DNA of 44,957 nucleotides from Minisyncoccota bacterium (GTDB lineage Bacteria; Patescibacteriota; Minisyncoccia; Minisyncoccales; JAZKSW01): NCBI GenBank assembly GCA_036625875.1, contig JAZKSW010000001.1, positions 1 to 44,957 of the forward strand, read 5' to 3'. Shown piece by piece: positions 35,216 to 43,379 of this stretch (position 1 is its first letter; each line of letters starts with the position of its first letter). The notes under the pieces were generated by a model. It saw only the letters and a program-made list of their open reading frames with translations, ran no database searches and was not told where the DNA came from. The position numbers and the translations under genes were made by a program.

Positions 35216-35248
35216 ACAAAAAAGCTTCAGGCAGATTGCCTGAAGCTT
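35216..35248 (-). terminator. Rho-independent terminator overlapping the stop of 35247..35567
   Basis: 11-bp stem aagcttcaggc (35222-35232) / gcctgaagctt (35238-35248). On the minus strand it is followed by TTTTTTG. Confidence 0.8.
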
Positions 35249-35567
35249 AGCAGAACATAGGTATAATAAAATAACGAGAAGCCAATAATCCGGATAAAGC
35301 TAGAGTTGCTAAATGCCCTATAACCAAAGCTGGTTTATTCAAAAAGTTATCTGAAGCCCACAAAAACTTATAGGTTAAATAAACAGCCATAATTGAAGCA
35401 AGCGTAAAAAACAAACAACCGATTGCCACGGTAAAACTATTAGTAGCCAAGAGCCCCATTAAGAACATAAAAATCAAGTAGACTCCGAGGCTGACTCCTA
35501 TCAAGAATCCACTCACAAGCTTTTTCAATGACATATTCATAACGTATACCTCCTTGTTAAAGTTCAA
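35247..35567 (-). CDS. Hypothetical 3-TM membrane protein
   Basis: SD aaggaggt upstream. Hydrophobic. Confidence 0.6.
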   Translation of the reverse strand: MNFNKEVYVMNMSLKKLVSGFLIGVSLGVYLIFMFLMGLLATNSFTVAIGCLFFTLASIMAVYLTYKFLWASDNFLNKPALVIGHLATLALSGLLASRYFIIPMFC

Positions 35568-35662
35568 CTACTCTATTTTCAATAATATAACTATTTCGCC
35601 AATTCATCAAGCTCAATTAAAAGAAGCCCAGCCTGTAAGGGTGAGCTTCTTTTTGATGGCTT

Positions 35663-35914
35663 TTATTGCTTGGGTTTAGCTTCATCCACCTTCACGGACC
35701 TACCATCTATTTCGGAATCGTTGAACATCTCCATTGCTTTTTCAGCTTCTTCTTCGCTAGACATTTCGACAAAACCGAAGCCTTTAGACTTTCCGGTTCT
35801 TCGATCAGTAATGATGTCGCAAGATTCAACCGTACCTGCTTCCTCAAAAGCTTCTTTCAAAGATTCTTCAGTAGTATCGTAGTTTAGATTACCCACGTAA
35901 AGTTTCTTGTTCAT
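35663..35914 (-). CDS. RRM-type RNA-binding protein
   Basis: RNP2 KLYVGNL and RNP1 KGFGFVEM, 83 aa. Confidence 0.9.
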   Translation of the reverse strand: MNKKLYVGNLNYDTTEESLKEAFEEAGTVESCDIITDRRTGKSKGFGFVEMSSEEEAEKAMEMFNDSEIDGRSVKVDEAKPKQ

Positions 35915-35988
35915 CTTAAGTGAAATTTAATCTCTTGATACTAACTCGACCTAACGTACAATTAGTATAACCTTATAATCATTACAAG

Positions 35989-36765
35989 TCAATTAATCCT
36001 ATAAGTAATAGTTACATTGGCTTCTACTTTGTTTTGCCCCGGTTCAATTTGAGGGGTACTGTCTTCAGCCATTTCTTTTGTCATTTCACTTCCATATCCT
36101 CGCGGTGAAACAAAACCTTCAGAAAAGTCTACGATTTTAACTAAATCTACCCCAAGCAAAGAAGCAGTTTCTTGAGCTTTTTCTTTAGCCTTCTGGATAG
36201 CTTCTTCTTTTGCTTGCTGCCGTAACTCTTCCTTCTCTTCAATTGTAAATTGTATATTATCCACTCTATTAGCTCCCGCTCCGGTAGCCATCTTAATAAT
36301 TTCACCTACCTGTTTTAAATTTCTAATTTTAGTCTGCAATTTTTGCGTAACTTCATAACCAACCAGCTCTCTCTCACCTTCCTGTCGAGAATTACTTTTT
36401 TCACGCCACTCGTAGCGTGGGCGAATATCAAAGGTGGTTGTTTTCAAATCCTTCTCCCCTATTCCTTCGTTCTTCATTCCTTGAATAATCTTATTCATTT
36501 TAGCCTTGTTCTCTTGCAAAGCCTCTTTGACGGTATCTTTCTCGGTAACAACAGAAAAATCAATTGTAGCTAGATCTGGATCCGCATAGACTTTACTCTG
36601 TCCACTCACTGAAATTGTGTTTTTCGACTCAATATCCTGTCCAATATAGTGACCTTCTTTAACTTTATTTTGAATCCCGACAGCTGTAGAAATAGTAAGT
36701 GCAAGCAAAAGTAACACCAAAACTCCACCGATAGCAGTAAGCAATTCTTTGTGTTCTTTAAACAT
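35989..36765 (-). CDS. SIMPL/DUF541-domain protein (BP26-like periplasmic protein)
   Basis: N-terminal TM. VYADPDLATIDFSVVTE...DLKTTTFDIRPRYEW...GYEVTQ. Confidence 0.75.
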   Translation of the reverse strand: MFKEHKELLTAIGGVLVLLLLALTISTAVGIQNKVKEGHYIGQDIESKNTISVSGQSKVYADPDLATIDFSVVTEKDTVKEALQENKAKMNKIIQGMKNEGIGEKDLKTTTFDIRPRYEWREKSNSRQEGERELVGYEVTQKLQTKIRNLKQVGEIIKMATGAGANRVDNIQFTIEEKEELRQQAKEEAIQKAKEKAQETASLLGVDLVKIVDFSEGFVSPRGYGSEMTKEMAEDSTPQIEPGQNKVEANVTITYRIN

Positions 36766-36799
36766 ATTTTTTTGAAAATTAAATAATTAAGACCTTTAT

Positions 36800-36815
36800 T
36801 GTTTCACGTGAAACA
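36800..36815. promoter_or_regulatory. Perfect 16-bp palindrome TGTTTCACGTGAAACA upstream of the SIMPL gene
   Basis: Read directly. A 21/22 match of the extended 22-mer recurs at 38692-38716 in module A. Confidence 0.5.
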
Positions 36816-36854
36816 TTTTCTTTCTTTAGCAGAATTTATTTTATCACAAAAGAC

Positions 36855-37334
36855 TTAATCTTTGTAATTTCCCTTACCAGGAATAATATTTCTTACTCCT
36901 CCTACCGGATTATTCACATCTCCGGAATAACGAGGAATTATATGAATATGAAGATGGTCAATAGTCCTCCCCGCAGCTTGTCCCTCGTTAATTCCGATAT
37001 TATAGCCGTCAGGTTCCTGGCCTACTTTAGAATGTGCAAGTACTTCTTCACAAAATTCTTTACTTCTTTCATCTAGAGGATTTTCAATGATATTCTGGTA
37101 GAACTCTTTTAAATCTTCAGTTTCTATTAGTTCTATTATATCTGCAATAGAACTACTTAAAAGCCTAGATTCTTTATCTTTTAAATCTGTAAATGAAGCT
37201 ACGTGCCTTATTGGTATTAATTCAGCATGCCCTGGAGATACGGGATAAATGTCAAACTGAGCATAGAAAAAGTCGTTTTCGTAGATAATACCCTCTTTCT
37301 CCTCATAAATTTTACAAAATACACAATCCTCCAT
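36855..37334 (-). CDS. HIT-family nucleotide hydrolase/transferase
   Basis: CVFCKI and HLHIHIIPR. Confidence 0.85.
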   Translation of the reverse strand: MEDCVFCKIYEEKEGIIYENDFFYAQFDIYPVSPGHAELIPIRHVASFTDLKDKESRLLSSSIADIIELIETEDLKEFYQNIIENPLDERSKEFCEEVLAHSKVGQEPDGYNIGINEGQAAGRTIDHLHIHIIPRYSGDVNNPVGGVRNIIPGKGNYKD

Positions 37335-37337
37335 AAT

Positions 37338-37940
37338 TTAACCTTTTGCAAGACCTTCTACTTTTTCTTTAACTTGTTCCGGATTCTTAAACAAAAATGA
37401 TGTAATTCCTAGGCTTTCAGCTATTTCAACGTTATTCTTTGAGTCATCAAAGAATATACATTCTTCTGGCTCAAGTTTGTTTTCCTCTAGTAAGTTCTTG
37501 TAAGCTTTAGAATCTGTTTTAAGATAACCAGTTTGCCAAGAATAATAAACTTTTTCGAACAGATCTTCAAGAAAAGGAAATTTTTCACTATAATTAACTG
37601 CTCTCTCTTTATAGTTATTAGATAAGACATAAAGTTCAAGCCCCTTTTCTTTAAACTCTTTAGCTATTTTTATAAGCTCTTCATTCCTTTCTTCAGCTTT
37701 AAAGGCAAAATGAAGAAATTCCTCCTCTGATAAATTTACATTCCACTCTTTTAAATAAGGCTTCCAGAGCTCATAAAAGCCGGGAGCGTCGGGTCTTCTA
37801 ACTTTGTCCATGATTTCCTCCAGTGCAGACAAAAATTCATCCGAAGGAACTCCAAATTCTTGCTCAAACCTATCACTCAGATAAGGTGCCTGAATAAGAA
37901 CTCCATTTAAATCAAAAATTATTGCTTTAATTTTCTCCAT
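37338..37940 (-). CDS. HAD-superfamily hydrolase
   Basis: Motif I IIFDLNGVL. Motif IV FFDDSKNNV. Confidence 0.8.
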   Translation of the reverse strand: MEKIKAIIFDLNGVLIQAPYLSDRFEQEFGVPSDEFLSALEEIMDKVRRPDAPGFYELWKPYLKEWNVNLSEEEFLHFAFKAEERNEELIKIAKEFKEKGLELYVLSNNYKERAVNYSEKFPFLEDLFEKVYYSWQTGYLKTDSKAYKNLLEENKLEPEECIFFDDSKNNVEIAESLGITSFLFKNPEQVKEKVEGLAKG

Positions 37941-38002
37941 GTTTATCTACTAACTTTTCTATTCTGTTTAATAACGGAGGAAACTTTTTCATGTTGAAGT
38001 GC

Positions 38003-38584
38003 TTATGAACATCCAACACTCTGTTCTCTACTCCTAGTCTTTGAGCCACCTCCATCCACTATTACTAAAACTTTTTCACCGCCCTTCAGGTACAATACTT
38101 TACTTGCAAATCCTTCTACAGTATCAATAGTTTCTTTGGTTCTCTTCATCTCTGCTTCCGAGTTATATTTTACAGCCCAAATATAGATAAAAGATATCTC
38201 TTTTCCGCTCCCATATATTGCTTTATATATGCTTTCAATCTCGGTAAGGTTAATACCTTGGTAAGCTTTTTCTTCCGTCAAGAATTTAGGCCAGTTTAAA
38301 TAACCAGGGTTATCTCCCAGAAGTTTACCAACAGAGCTATTTTTATCTATGACAGCATACTGATAGTCAGAAGGAATCTCTTCTTTTTGTAAAATATAAT
38401 CTTCTGGATAATTGGAGGCTTCCTCGGTAGTTTTTGTCAAAGAATTTTCATAATTTAGAATTTTAAGCCTCCAGCCTTTTCTAATTTCTTCGCTCTGCCA
38501 ATAAAAAACACCACCAACTAAGGCAGCAATAACTACAATTATTAATATAGCAACTGATGTTGAAATGCCTTTATTTAAATTCAT
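38003..38584 (-). CDS. Anchored hypothetical protein with MNLNKGISTS... N-terminal module
   Basis: 193 aa. The N-terminal 30 aa are homologous to those of 43924..44409. Confidence 0.65.
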   Translation of the reverse strand: MNLNKGISTSVAILIIVVIAALVGGVFYWQSEEIRKGWRLKILNYENSLTKTTEEASNYPEDYILQKEEIPSDYQYAVIDKNSSVGKLLGDNPGYLNWPKFLTEEKAYQGINLTEIESIYKAIYGSGKEISFIYIWAVKYNSEAEMKRTKETIDTVEGFASKVLYLKGGEKVLVIVDGGGSKTRSREQSVGCS

Positions 38585-38778
38585 GGTTTAATAATTTAAT
38601 TAAAGCATTAAAACCTTTATCTTGTTTTATTATACTCTCCTACTCCAAAGCCTTCAACCAAAGCAAAAGTGGGGTCGGAGGGGACTTTTGCTGAATGTTT
38701 CACATGAAACAATAAAACCCAAGAGTGCTCTACTCTCGGGTGGCGTACTCCGTTTACCGTACGACGTTCGAACTGCAG
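38585..38778 (-). repeat. Terminator-promoter module, copy A (3' box, terminator, two extra hairpins, promoter, conserved leader)
   Basis: 3' box 38741-38778 starts 1 nt after the ALDH stop. Hairpin cccgagagt/actcttggg at 38718-38740 plus a U tract. -35 TTGAAG at 38652-38657 and -10 TATAAT at 38629-38634 (17-nt spacer). Confidence 0.85.
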
Positions 38779-40086
38779 TTAGCCGGAGTCTTCTTCTGGA
38801 ACGCTACTAATTTGCTTAGTATTAGTATAGGCTCTAGTACCGTACTTTCCCAAAGAAACTCCTACTCCACTACCTTTCCTTCCTACCCAAGCTCCACTAA
38901 AGAAAGGAAGATTAGCATTGTTTTGCCAAACCATTCCCACTTCTAATCTTTTTGCTATTTTCATAAACTTATCTTCGTCCCGAGTCCATACAGAAGCACC
39001 AAGTCCATAGCGAGTATTATTAGAAATCTTAATAGCTTCTTCTAAACCCCCAAATGGACGAATTGCTAGAATAGGACCAAAAGTTTCTTCTTTCCAGATA
39101 GACAAATTGCTATCATTACACTCAACTATAGTGGGGGCTAAAATTAACTTTTCCTTATTTAAAACCTCTCCTCCCGTAATTATTTTACATCCTTTATCTA
39201 CGGCTTCTTGAAGTTGTTTTTTTACAATCTCGAATTGAGATTTAACAGCAAAAGAAACAGGAGATAGCGCTTCTACCTCTTCGGATAAGTTATCAACAAA
39301 ATCTTCATAAATACTCTCCTTTATTAACACTCTTTCTATTCCGGTACAAGCTTGGCCATTATTCATAAAACCGTGAAATGTAACTCCCTCTATTGTTTCG
39401 TCCATATTACAATCATCTAAGACTATAGCTACATCTTTGCCTCCCATTTCAAGTACATACTTCTTTCCTTCTCTAGCACATCTTTCGGCTATTTCCTTCC
39501 CCGCTTCCATAGAACCAGTGAAGGAAATCATATCTACCTCCGAACGAACGAGTTTTTTGCCTACTTCATCGCCTCCGGAAGCAACTTGCAACAACCCCTC
39601 AGGAGCTTCCACCTTACTGAAGACTTTTTCAATCCACCGTCCAGACTCAGGAGTAACTGGAGAGGGTTTCAAGATAACAGCATTACCTGCCATGATGGCT
39701 GGAGCAATGCAACTCCATACAGGTAAATCAAAAGGGAAATTCCAAGGTTTTATTGCCCCCACTACGCCTACGGGCTCGAAATGAAGTCTTGTCCTTCTGT
39801 CTGAATATTCTTCCGATTCATGTTTTACTTTTTCTGGTGCTAAATACTCAGGGGCTTTTTCAGCAAAAAAATCAAGTGCTTGCTGGGTAAATTGACAGTC
39901 AAATAATGCTTCTTCGCTGGTCTTGTTCATCTCCTCAGAGATGGTTTTTGCTATTTCATCCTTATAGTCTCCCACCAAATTGCTTCCCTTCCTTAGCAAT
40001 TTAGACCTTTCTTCAAAAGAGGTTCGGCTCCAGTCTTTTTGGCAAGCTCTTGCTTTTTCTATTTTTTTATCAATAGAATCTTTCAT
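38779..40086 (-). CDS. NAD(P)-dependent aldehyde dehydrogenase family protein
   Basis: LEMGGKD (catalytic Glu), NGQACTGIERV (catalytic Cys), 435 aa. Confidence 0.85.
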   Translation of the reverse strand: MKDSIDKKIEKARACQKDWSRTSFEERSKLLRKGSNLVGDYKDEIAKTISEEMNKTSEEALFDCQFTQQALDFFAEKAPEYLAPEKVKHESEEYSDRRTRLHFEPVGVVGAIKPWNFPFDLPVWSCIAPAIMAGNAVILKPSPVTPESGRWIEKVFSKVEAPEGLLQVASGGDEVGKKLVRSEVDMISFTGSMEAGKEIAERCAREGKKYVLEMGGKDVAIVLDDCNMDETIEGVTFHGFMNNGQACTGIERVLIKESIYEDFVDNLSEEVEALSPVSFAVKSQFEIVKKQLQEAVDKGCKIITGGEVLNKEKLILAPTIVECNDSNLSIWKEETFGPILAIRPFGGLEEAIKISNNTRYGLGASVWTRDEDKFMKIAKRLEVGMVWQNNANLPFFSGAWVGRKGSGVGVSLGKYGTRAYTNTKQISSVPEEDSG

Positions 40087-40165
40087 TACGTTATTTATTC
40101 TAACAAAAAACTGCCCTCTTTTCGAGAACGGGGTTGTCTGGTTCTACCATTATGAAATAATTTTA
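40087..40165 (-). repeat. Second intergenic module family, copy 1: weak terminator + TAGAAT -10 placed 10 nt from the ATG
   Basis: The 32 nt at 40097-40128 (attctaacaaaaaactgccctcttttcgagaa) match 41466-41497 at 31/32. Hairpin gttctc/gagggc (40113-40129), then U6, then GTTAGAAT. Confidence 0.7.
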
Positions 40166-40262
40166 ACTTTCTAATTTAGCTCTGACCTTTCCAGCGACCT
40201 GCCTTATCCATTTTTCACGACGATTTATCTTCTTTGACAACATTAGCAGAATAAATCTTCTC

Positions 40263-41037
40263 TTAAGGTTTCTCAGTTGGAATATATTCAAAATAATACT
40301 TAATAAGCTCAGGGACTTGATAAAATTGAGGAGGAGATTGAGTTGTGTCCTTTGCTCCAAACTCAATGGAGAGATTCCAATCTTTTTCTGGGAAGGCATC
40401 TTGCTTATGAAGTTTACCTATATGATCACCCTTTTTTACCTTGACTCCAAAAACTCTTAACTCTTTATTGCGAACTATACCTTCTCCTTCTTCCTCAAGT
40501 TTCTCTTTAAGAGAAGGAAGTATTTTAGCGTTATGAAAAGTTAATTTCACCACCTCTTCCTTTTTTATAGGTAATCTCGTGATCTTAATCGTTTTTATAG
40601 TCCAATTTTTCTCTACGGGAGAAGCCTCACCGAAGGTTACTACTACATCAAAAGTAGAATAGATTAAGGCAACCCTCGGGAAGATTGAAATCCACCGCAG
40701 CAAGTTCACCTTTAAGTTTAGAGGGTAACTCAGGATGTTCCTCGGGCCAATAATTAGGTTCTCCCTCATCGCAGAATTTTTCTTCTAGAATTACACATGA
40801 ACTCAGCCCTTCCCCGCCATTTTCAACCGGCTTGGAAGAAGTAGAAGTGGTTGCCGAATCTCCCGGAGTAGGCAACTTTGTACTAGGTTAAAAAAATAAA
40901 AAAATAGTAGCTTGAGATTCGGTGGTAGTAGCTTGGGGAGATCCCCCTTCATAAAAAAGAAAACCCTCAGAGTAAAGCCAGACCCCTACCGTTGCCAGAA
41001 TTAAAATGATTGCCAAGATTAATAATTTTTTGTTCAT
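40263..41037 (-). pseudogene. Disrupted secreted-protein gene (in-frame TAA at 40888-40890 plus a frameshift between about 40648 and 40769)
   Basis: ATG at 41037 overlaps the TGA of the upstream gene (ATGA) and opens with a signal-anchor peptide, MNKKLLILAIILILATVGVW. The same frame continues into ORF 40648..40875 after a single TAA that follows a T-rich run. ORF 40263..40769 continues in another frame. Confidence 0.5.
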
Positions 41038-41456
41038 AATTCTGTTATTAATTCTTTAACACGCCTCTTTATTTCATCTCTTACCTTCCTAGTAAACTCC
41101 AAAGATTTACCTTTTGGGTCTTTAATGGTCCATCTCGTAACCTTTGGATTATCGACTAAATAATCTGGAACTGGGTCTTCATCATCCATAATAAGAATTA
41201 CCTTATCTACATTACTGACGATTTCTCTATTAATTTCCTTGGATTTATTCTGGGAAATATCTATTCCCTCTTCCTTCGTAACAGTTATTAAATTATCGAC
41301 GATTGAACCAAATTCTCCGATGGTTTGCTCACCTCTGCTAAGTTTAGTACCTGCAGAGAGGGCTTTAAAGTTCTCACCGGCTTGCTTATTAAAAATCTCT
41401 TTCGCTATTTGACTTCTTGCAACGTTTCCCCGACAAATAAATAATATTTTCTTCAT
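41034..41456 (-). CDS. Low-molecular-weight phosphotyrosine phosphatase / ArsC-like (LMW-PTP fold)
   Basis: CX5R(S) P-loop ILFICRGNVARSQ, 140 aa. Confidence 0.8.
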   Translation of the reverse strand: MKKILFICRGNVARSQIAKEIFNKQAGENFKALSAGTKLSRGEQTIGEFGSIVDNLITVTKEEGIDISQNKSKEINREIVSNVDKVILIMDDEDPVPDYLVDNPKVTRWTIKDPKGKSLEFTRKVRDEIKRRVKELITEL

Positions 41457-41548
41457 AATTGCTTCATTCTAACAAAAAACTGCCCTCTTTTCGAAGACAG
41501 CATTGTGGGCTCGCTTTAATAATACTTCCCATGAAACAATTTTAAAAG
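41457..41548 (-). repeat. Second intergenic module family, copy 2
   Basis: Hairpin gtcttc/gagggc (41482-41498), then U6, then GTTAGAAT with 9 nt to the ATG. Further similarity at catgaaa(c/t)aatttta. Confidence 0.7.
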
Positions 41549-41579
41549 CCGGGAATACTCTACCCAAACAAAATTATTT

Positions 41580-42176
41580 TCAATATAAATCAAGGTTATC
41601 TATGTAGTTCCTTATCCTAACAAATAATTTTTTGTGCCCCTTCGGAGTTGGATGCAATCCATCATCCAAGTCGCTTTTGTCAATCACATCGAACGTTGGT
41701 ATAAAATGAACGTCTTGCTCAGATGAAACCTTCTCAATTGATTTATCATATTTCTCTAGAAACTTATTTTTATAACATTTACCTTTTTCTTCTATATAAA
41801 CTGAATTAATAACTTCTTCGTCTACCCGCGTTAAACCGATTACAATCACGTGAGAGGTATAATCTTTAGCTTTATCAAGGAGTTCTCTGAAGTTTTCAAT
41901 CGTATCTTCAATATCAACTCTAAATTGCTTTTCATTAATGAAATACTGAGTGTCATTACCGCCAATTGCAAAAATTATTATATCTGGGCGCCGAGCTTCA
42001 CATTCATTATCAAATCTTTTAAGCAAATCGTTGGTATCGTCTCCAGAAACACCCAGATTATAAACAAAGATACCTTTCCCAAAAAGGTATCTCTTTAGAA
42101 GATCACACCATCCTCCTTCCTTGAAGTCATTCTTCCCGCTAGTAATGCTGGCTCCAAATACGCAAGCTCTTTTCAT
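41580..42176 (-). CDS. SGNH/GDSL-family hydrolase
   Basis: VFGASITSG (block I), AIGGNDT (block III), DGLHPTPKGH (block V). Confidence 0.85.
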   Translation of the reverse strand: MKRACVFGASITSGKNDFKEGGWCDLLKRYLFGKGIFVYNLGVSGDDTNDLLKRFDNECEARRPDIIIFAIGGNDTQYFINEKQFRVDIEDTIENFRELLDKAKDYTSHVIVIGLTRVDEEVINSVYIEEKGKCYKNKFLEKYDKSIEKVSSEQDVHFIPTFDVIDKSDLDDGLHPTPKGHKKLFVRIRNYIDNLDLY

Positions 42177-42494
42177 ACTTCTTACTTATTCTATTTTATT
42201 ACTTTTAAGCATCCTTATCAACTAAATTCAACCCCCCCAAAGCTTACTTTATTATACTCTCCTACTACAAACCTTCAACCAAGGAACTTGTGCTGAGCGT
42301 AGCCGAAGTAAAAACCCGAGAGTGCTCTACCGCAGTACCACGTCGGGTACACGACATAGCTCTCGGGTAAAATAGAATAAACCCCATATACATAGAGTTT
42401 TGGACTGGTTAAACCAATCCAAAACTGTGGTGCATGCTCCGCCCCGCACCTTATAAGGTGCGGGATAAATTTACCAGACGATGTTCGAACTGCT
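42177..42494 (-). repeat. Terminator-promoter module, copy C (expanded by three hairpin insertions)
   Basis: The 3' box starts 1 nt after the stop at 42495. Insert hairpins at 42443-42464, 42396-42426 and inside the terminator loop (42315-42367). -35 at 42273-42278 and -10 at 42251-42256. Confidence 0.85.
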
Positions 42495-43379
42495 TTAAGC
42501 CAATAGTATTAAGCAAACTATAACAACAATGAAAAAGGCTGCGCCAACTTTATCAAATATATTTTGTCTATTCCGGAATTCTTCCTTACTCTTCCACTGC
42601 CTAGAATTCCAAGCAATTTTTCTACCATTACGCCCTAAATAAGTTACCACCAAAAGAAATCCAATAGTACTCAATACAGATAAACCAACAATCAAAATTG
42701 TAGGATAGGCATTGGGAGGCCATAAATAAGTTATCAGTGATTGGAGACCCCAAGGAATTAAAATAGGTAGAAGATAAAGGATGGTTTTAAGATAAAGCTT
42801 ATTTACAAGAGTCCAGATGAAACTCAAAGAAAAAGCTCCCCAGGACCATCTATTAAGATATGCATTAAAATTCTCTTTTTCTTGCAAGTCCTGGGTTTTA
42901 CTGATTACTTTAAGTTCAGGAGTTCCTTGAGCTCCTTCTCGAGAGGTACTGCGAAGAGATTTTAATTTTTCCATTGAAGATTGTAATAAATTGAACTTTT
43001 TCGAGGAAAGTTTAAACGAGTATACTTCATCCGTAGTATTAACTGCTACTTTGTCTCCAAAAAACCCTTCTTTAAAATCAATGTAGTTTAATTGATTTCT
43101 TCCCACCTTAATTTTTTCTTTTGCTTGAGATAAAAAGTACGAAAGCTTTTTATCTTTTTCCGCTCGGACTTGCGATTTATAAGAAAGGTCTCGAAAGGCA
43201 CTAAAGGCACTAGCAGTCCAGGAAATTACCTTTCTTCTCTTTAGAAAGTAAACTGCTTTATCGGTAACAATAATATCCCAATATGAAGTAAAAGCTATGC
43301 CCGGAAGCCTCACTCCAAGCAATTTTCCTATAACAGACTCTTTATCATTTTGTTTTTCGTCCCTTTTGTTTAAATCCAT
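42495..43379 (-). CDS. Hypothetical protein: soluble N-terminal domain + C-terminal 4-TM (DUF2628-like) region
   Basis: 294 aa. WSWGAFSLSFIWTLVNKLY resembles DUF2628. The first codons (MDLNK) are shared with 38003..38584 as part of the conserved module. Confidence 0.65.
   Translation of the reverse strand: MDLNKRDEKQNDKESVIGKLLGVRLPGIAFTSYWDIIVTDKAVYFLKRRKVISWTASAFSAFRDLSYKSQVRAEKDKKLSYFLSQAKEKIKVGRNQLNYIDFKEGFFGDKVAVNTTDEVYSFKLSSKKFNLLQSSMEKLKSLRSTSREGAQGTPELKVISKTQDLQEKENFNAYLNRWSWGAFSLSFIWTLVNKLYLKTILYLLPILIPWGLQSLITYLWPPNAYPTILIVGLSVLSTIGFLLVVTYLGRNGRKIAWNSRQWKSKEEFRNRQNIFDKVGAAFFIVVIVCLILLA

Noticed and set aside
37941-38002. 21-codon upstream ORF (ATG at 37992, minus strand) overlapping the HAD gene start
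   Set aside because: No SD, no conservation evidence available, and the HAD protein already starts with a canonical motif-I N-terminus.
38741-38778. tRNA-like or T-loop element because of GTTCGAA in the 3' box
   Set aside because: The flanking bases do not form a T-stem and no acceptor or anticodon arms can be drawn. GTTCGAAC is simply an 8-bp palindrome.
38622-38946. Plus-strand ORFs 38622..38810 and 38725..38946 (a possible peptide encoded by the repeat module)
   Set aside because: The reading frame is destroyed by the insertions in copy C and ends differently in copy B. Conservation follows the nucleotide sequence, not codons.
40888-40890. Stop-codon reassignment or programmed read-through of TAA; alternative genetic code
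   Set aside because: TAA, TAG and TGA all terminate well-supported genes here (for example TGA at 41034-41036), and long ORFs need no recoding. A single internal TAA plus a frameshift fits a pseudogene or sequencing error better.
8725-41850. Other short embedded or antisense ORFs (8725..8910, 9269..9625, 11783..12214, 13042..13464, 13194..13430, 13921..14196, 17352..17594, 17366..17566, 20528..20803, 22837..23037, 23602..23787, 24044..24232, 29591..29881, 30068..30382, 31788..32015, 32527..32739, 34142..34438, 35666..35887, 35670..35882, 36343..36573, 39437..39784, 39980..40174, 40163..40399, 41850..42098)
   Set aside because: Each overlaps a well-supported gene on the opposite strand or in another frame and has no recognisable motif. 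They are typical shadow ORFs of AT-rich coding DNA.
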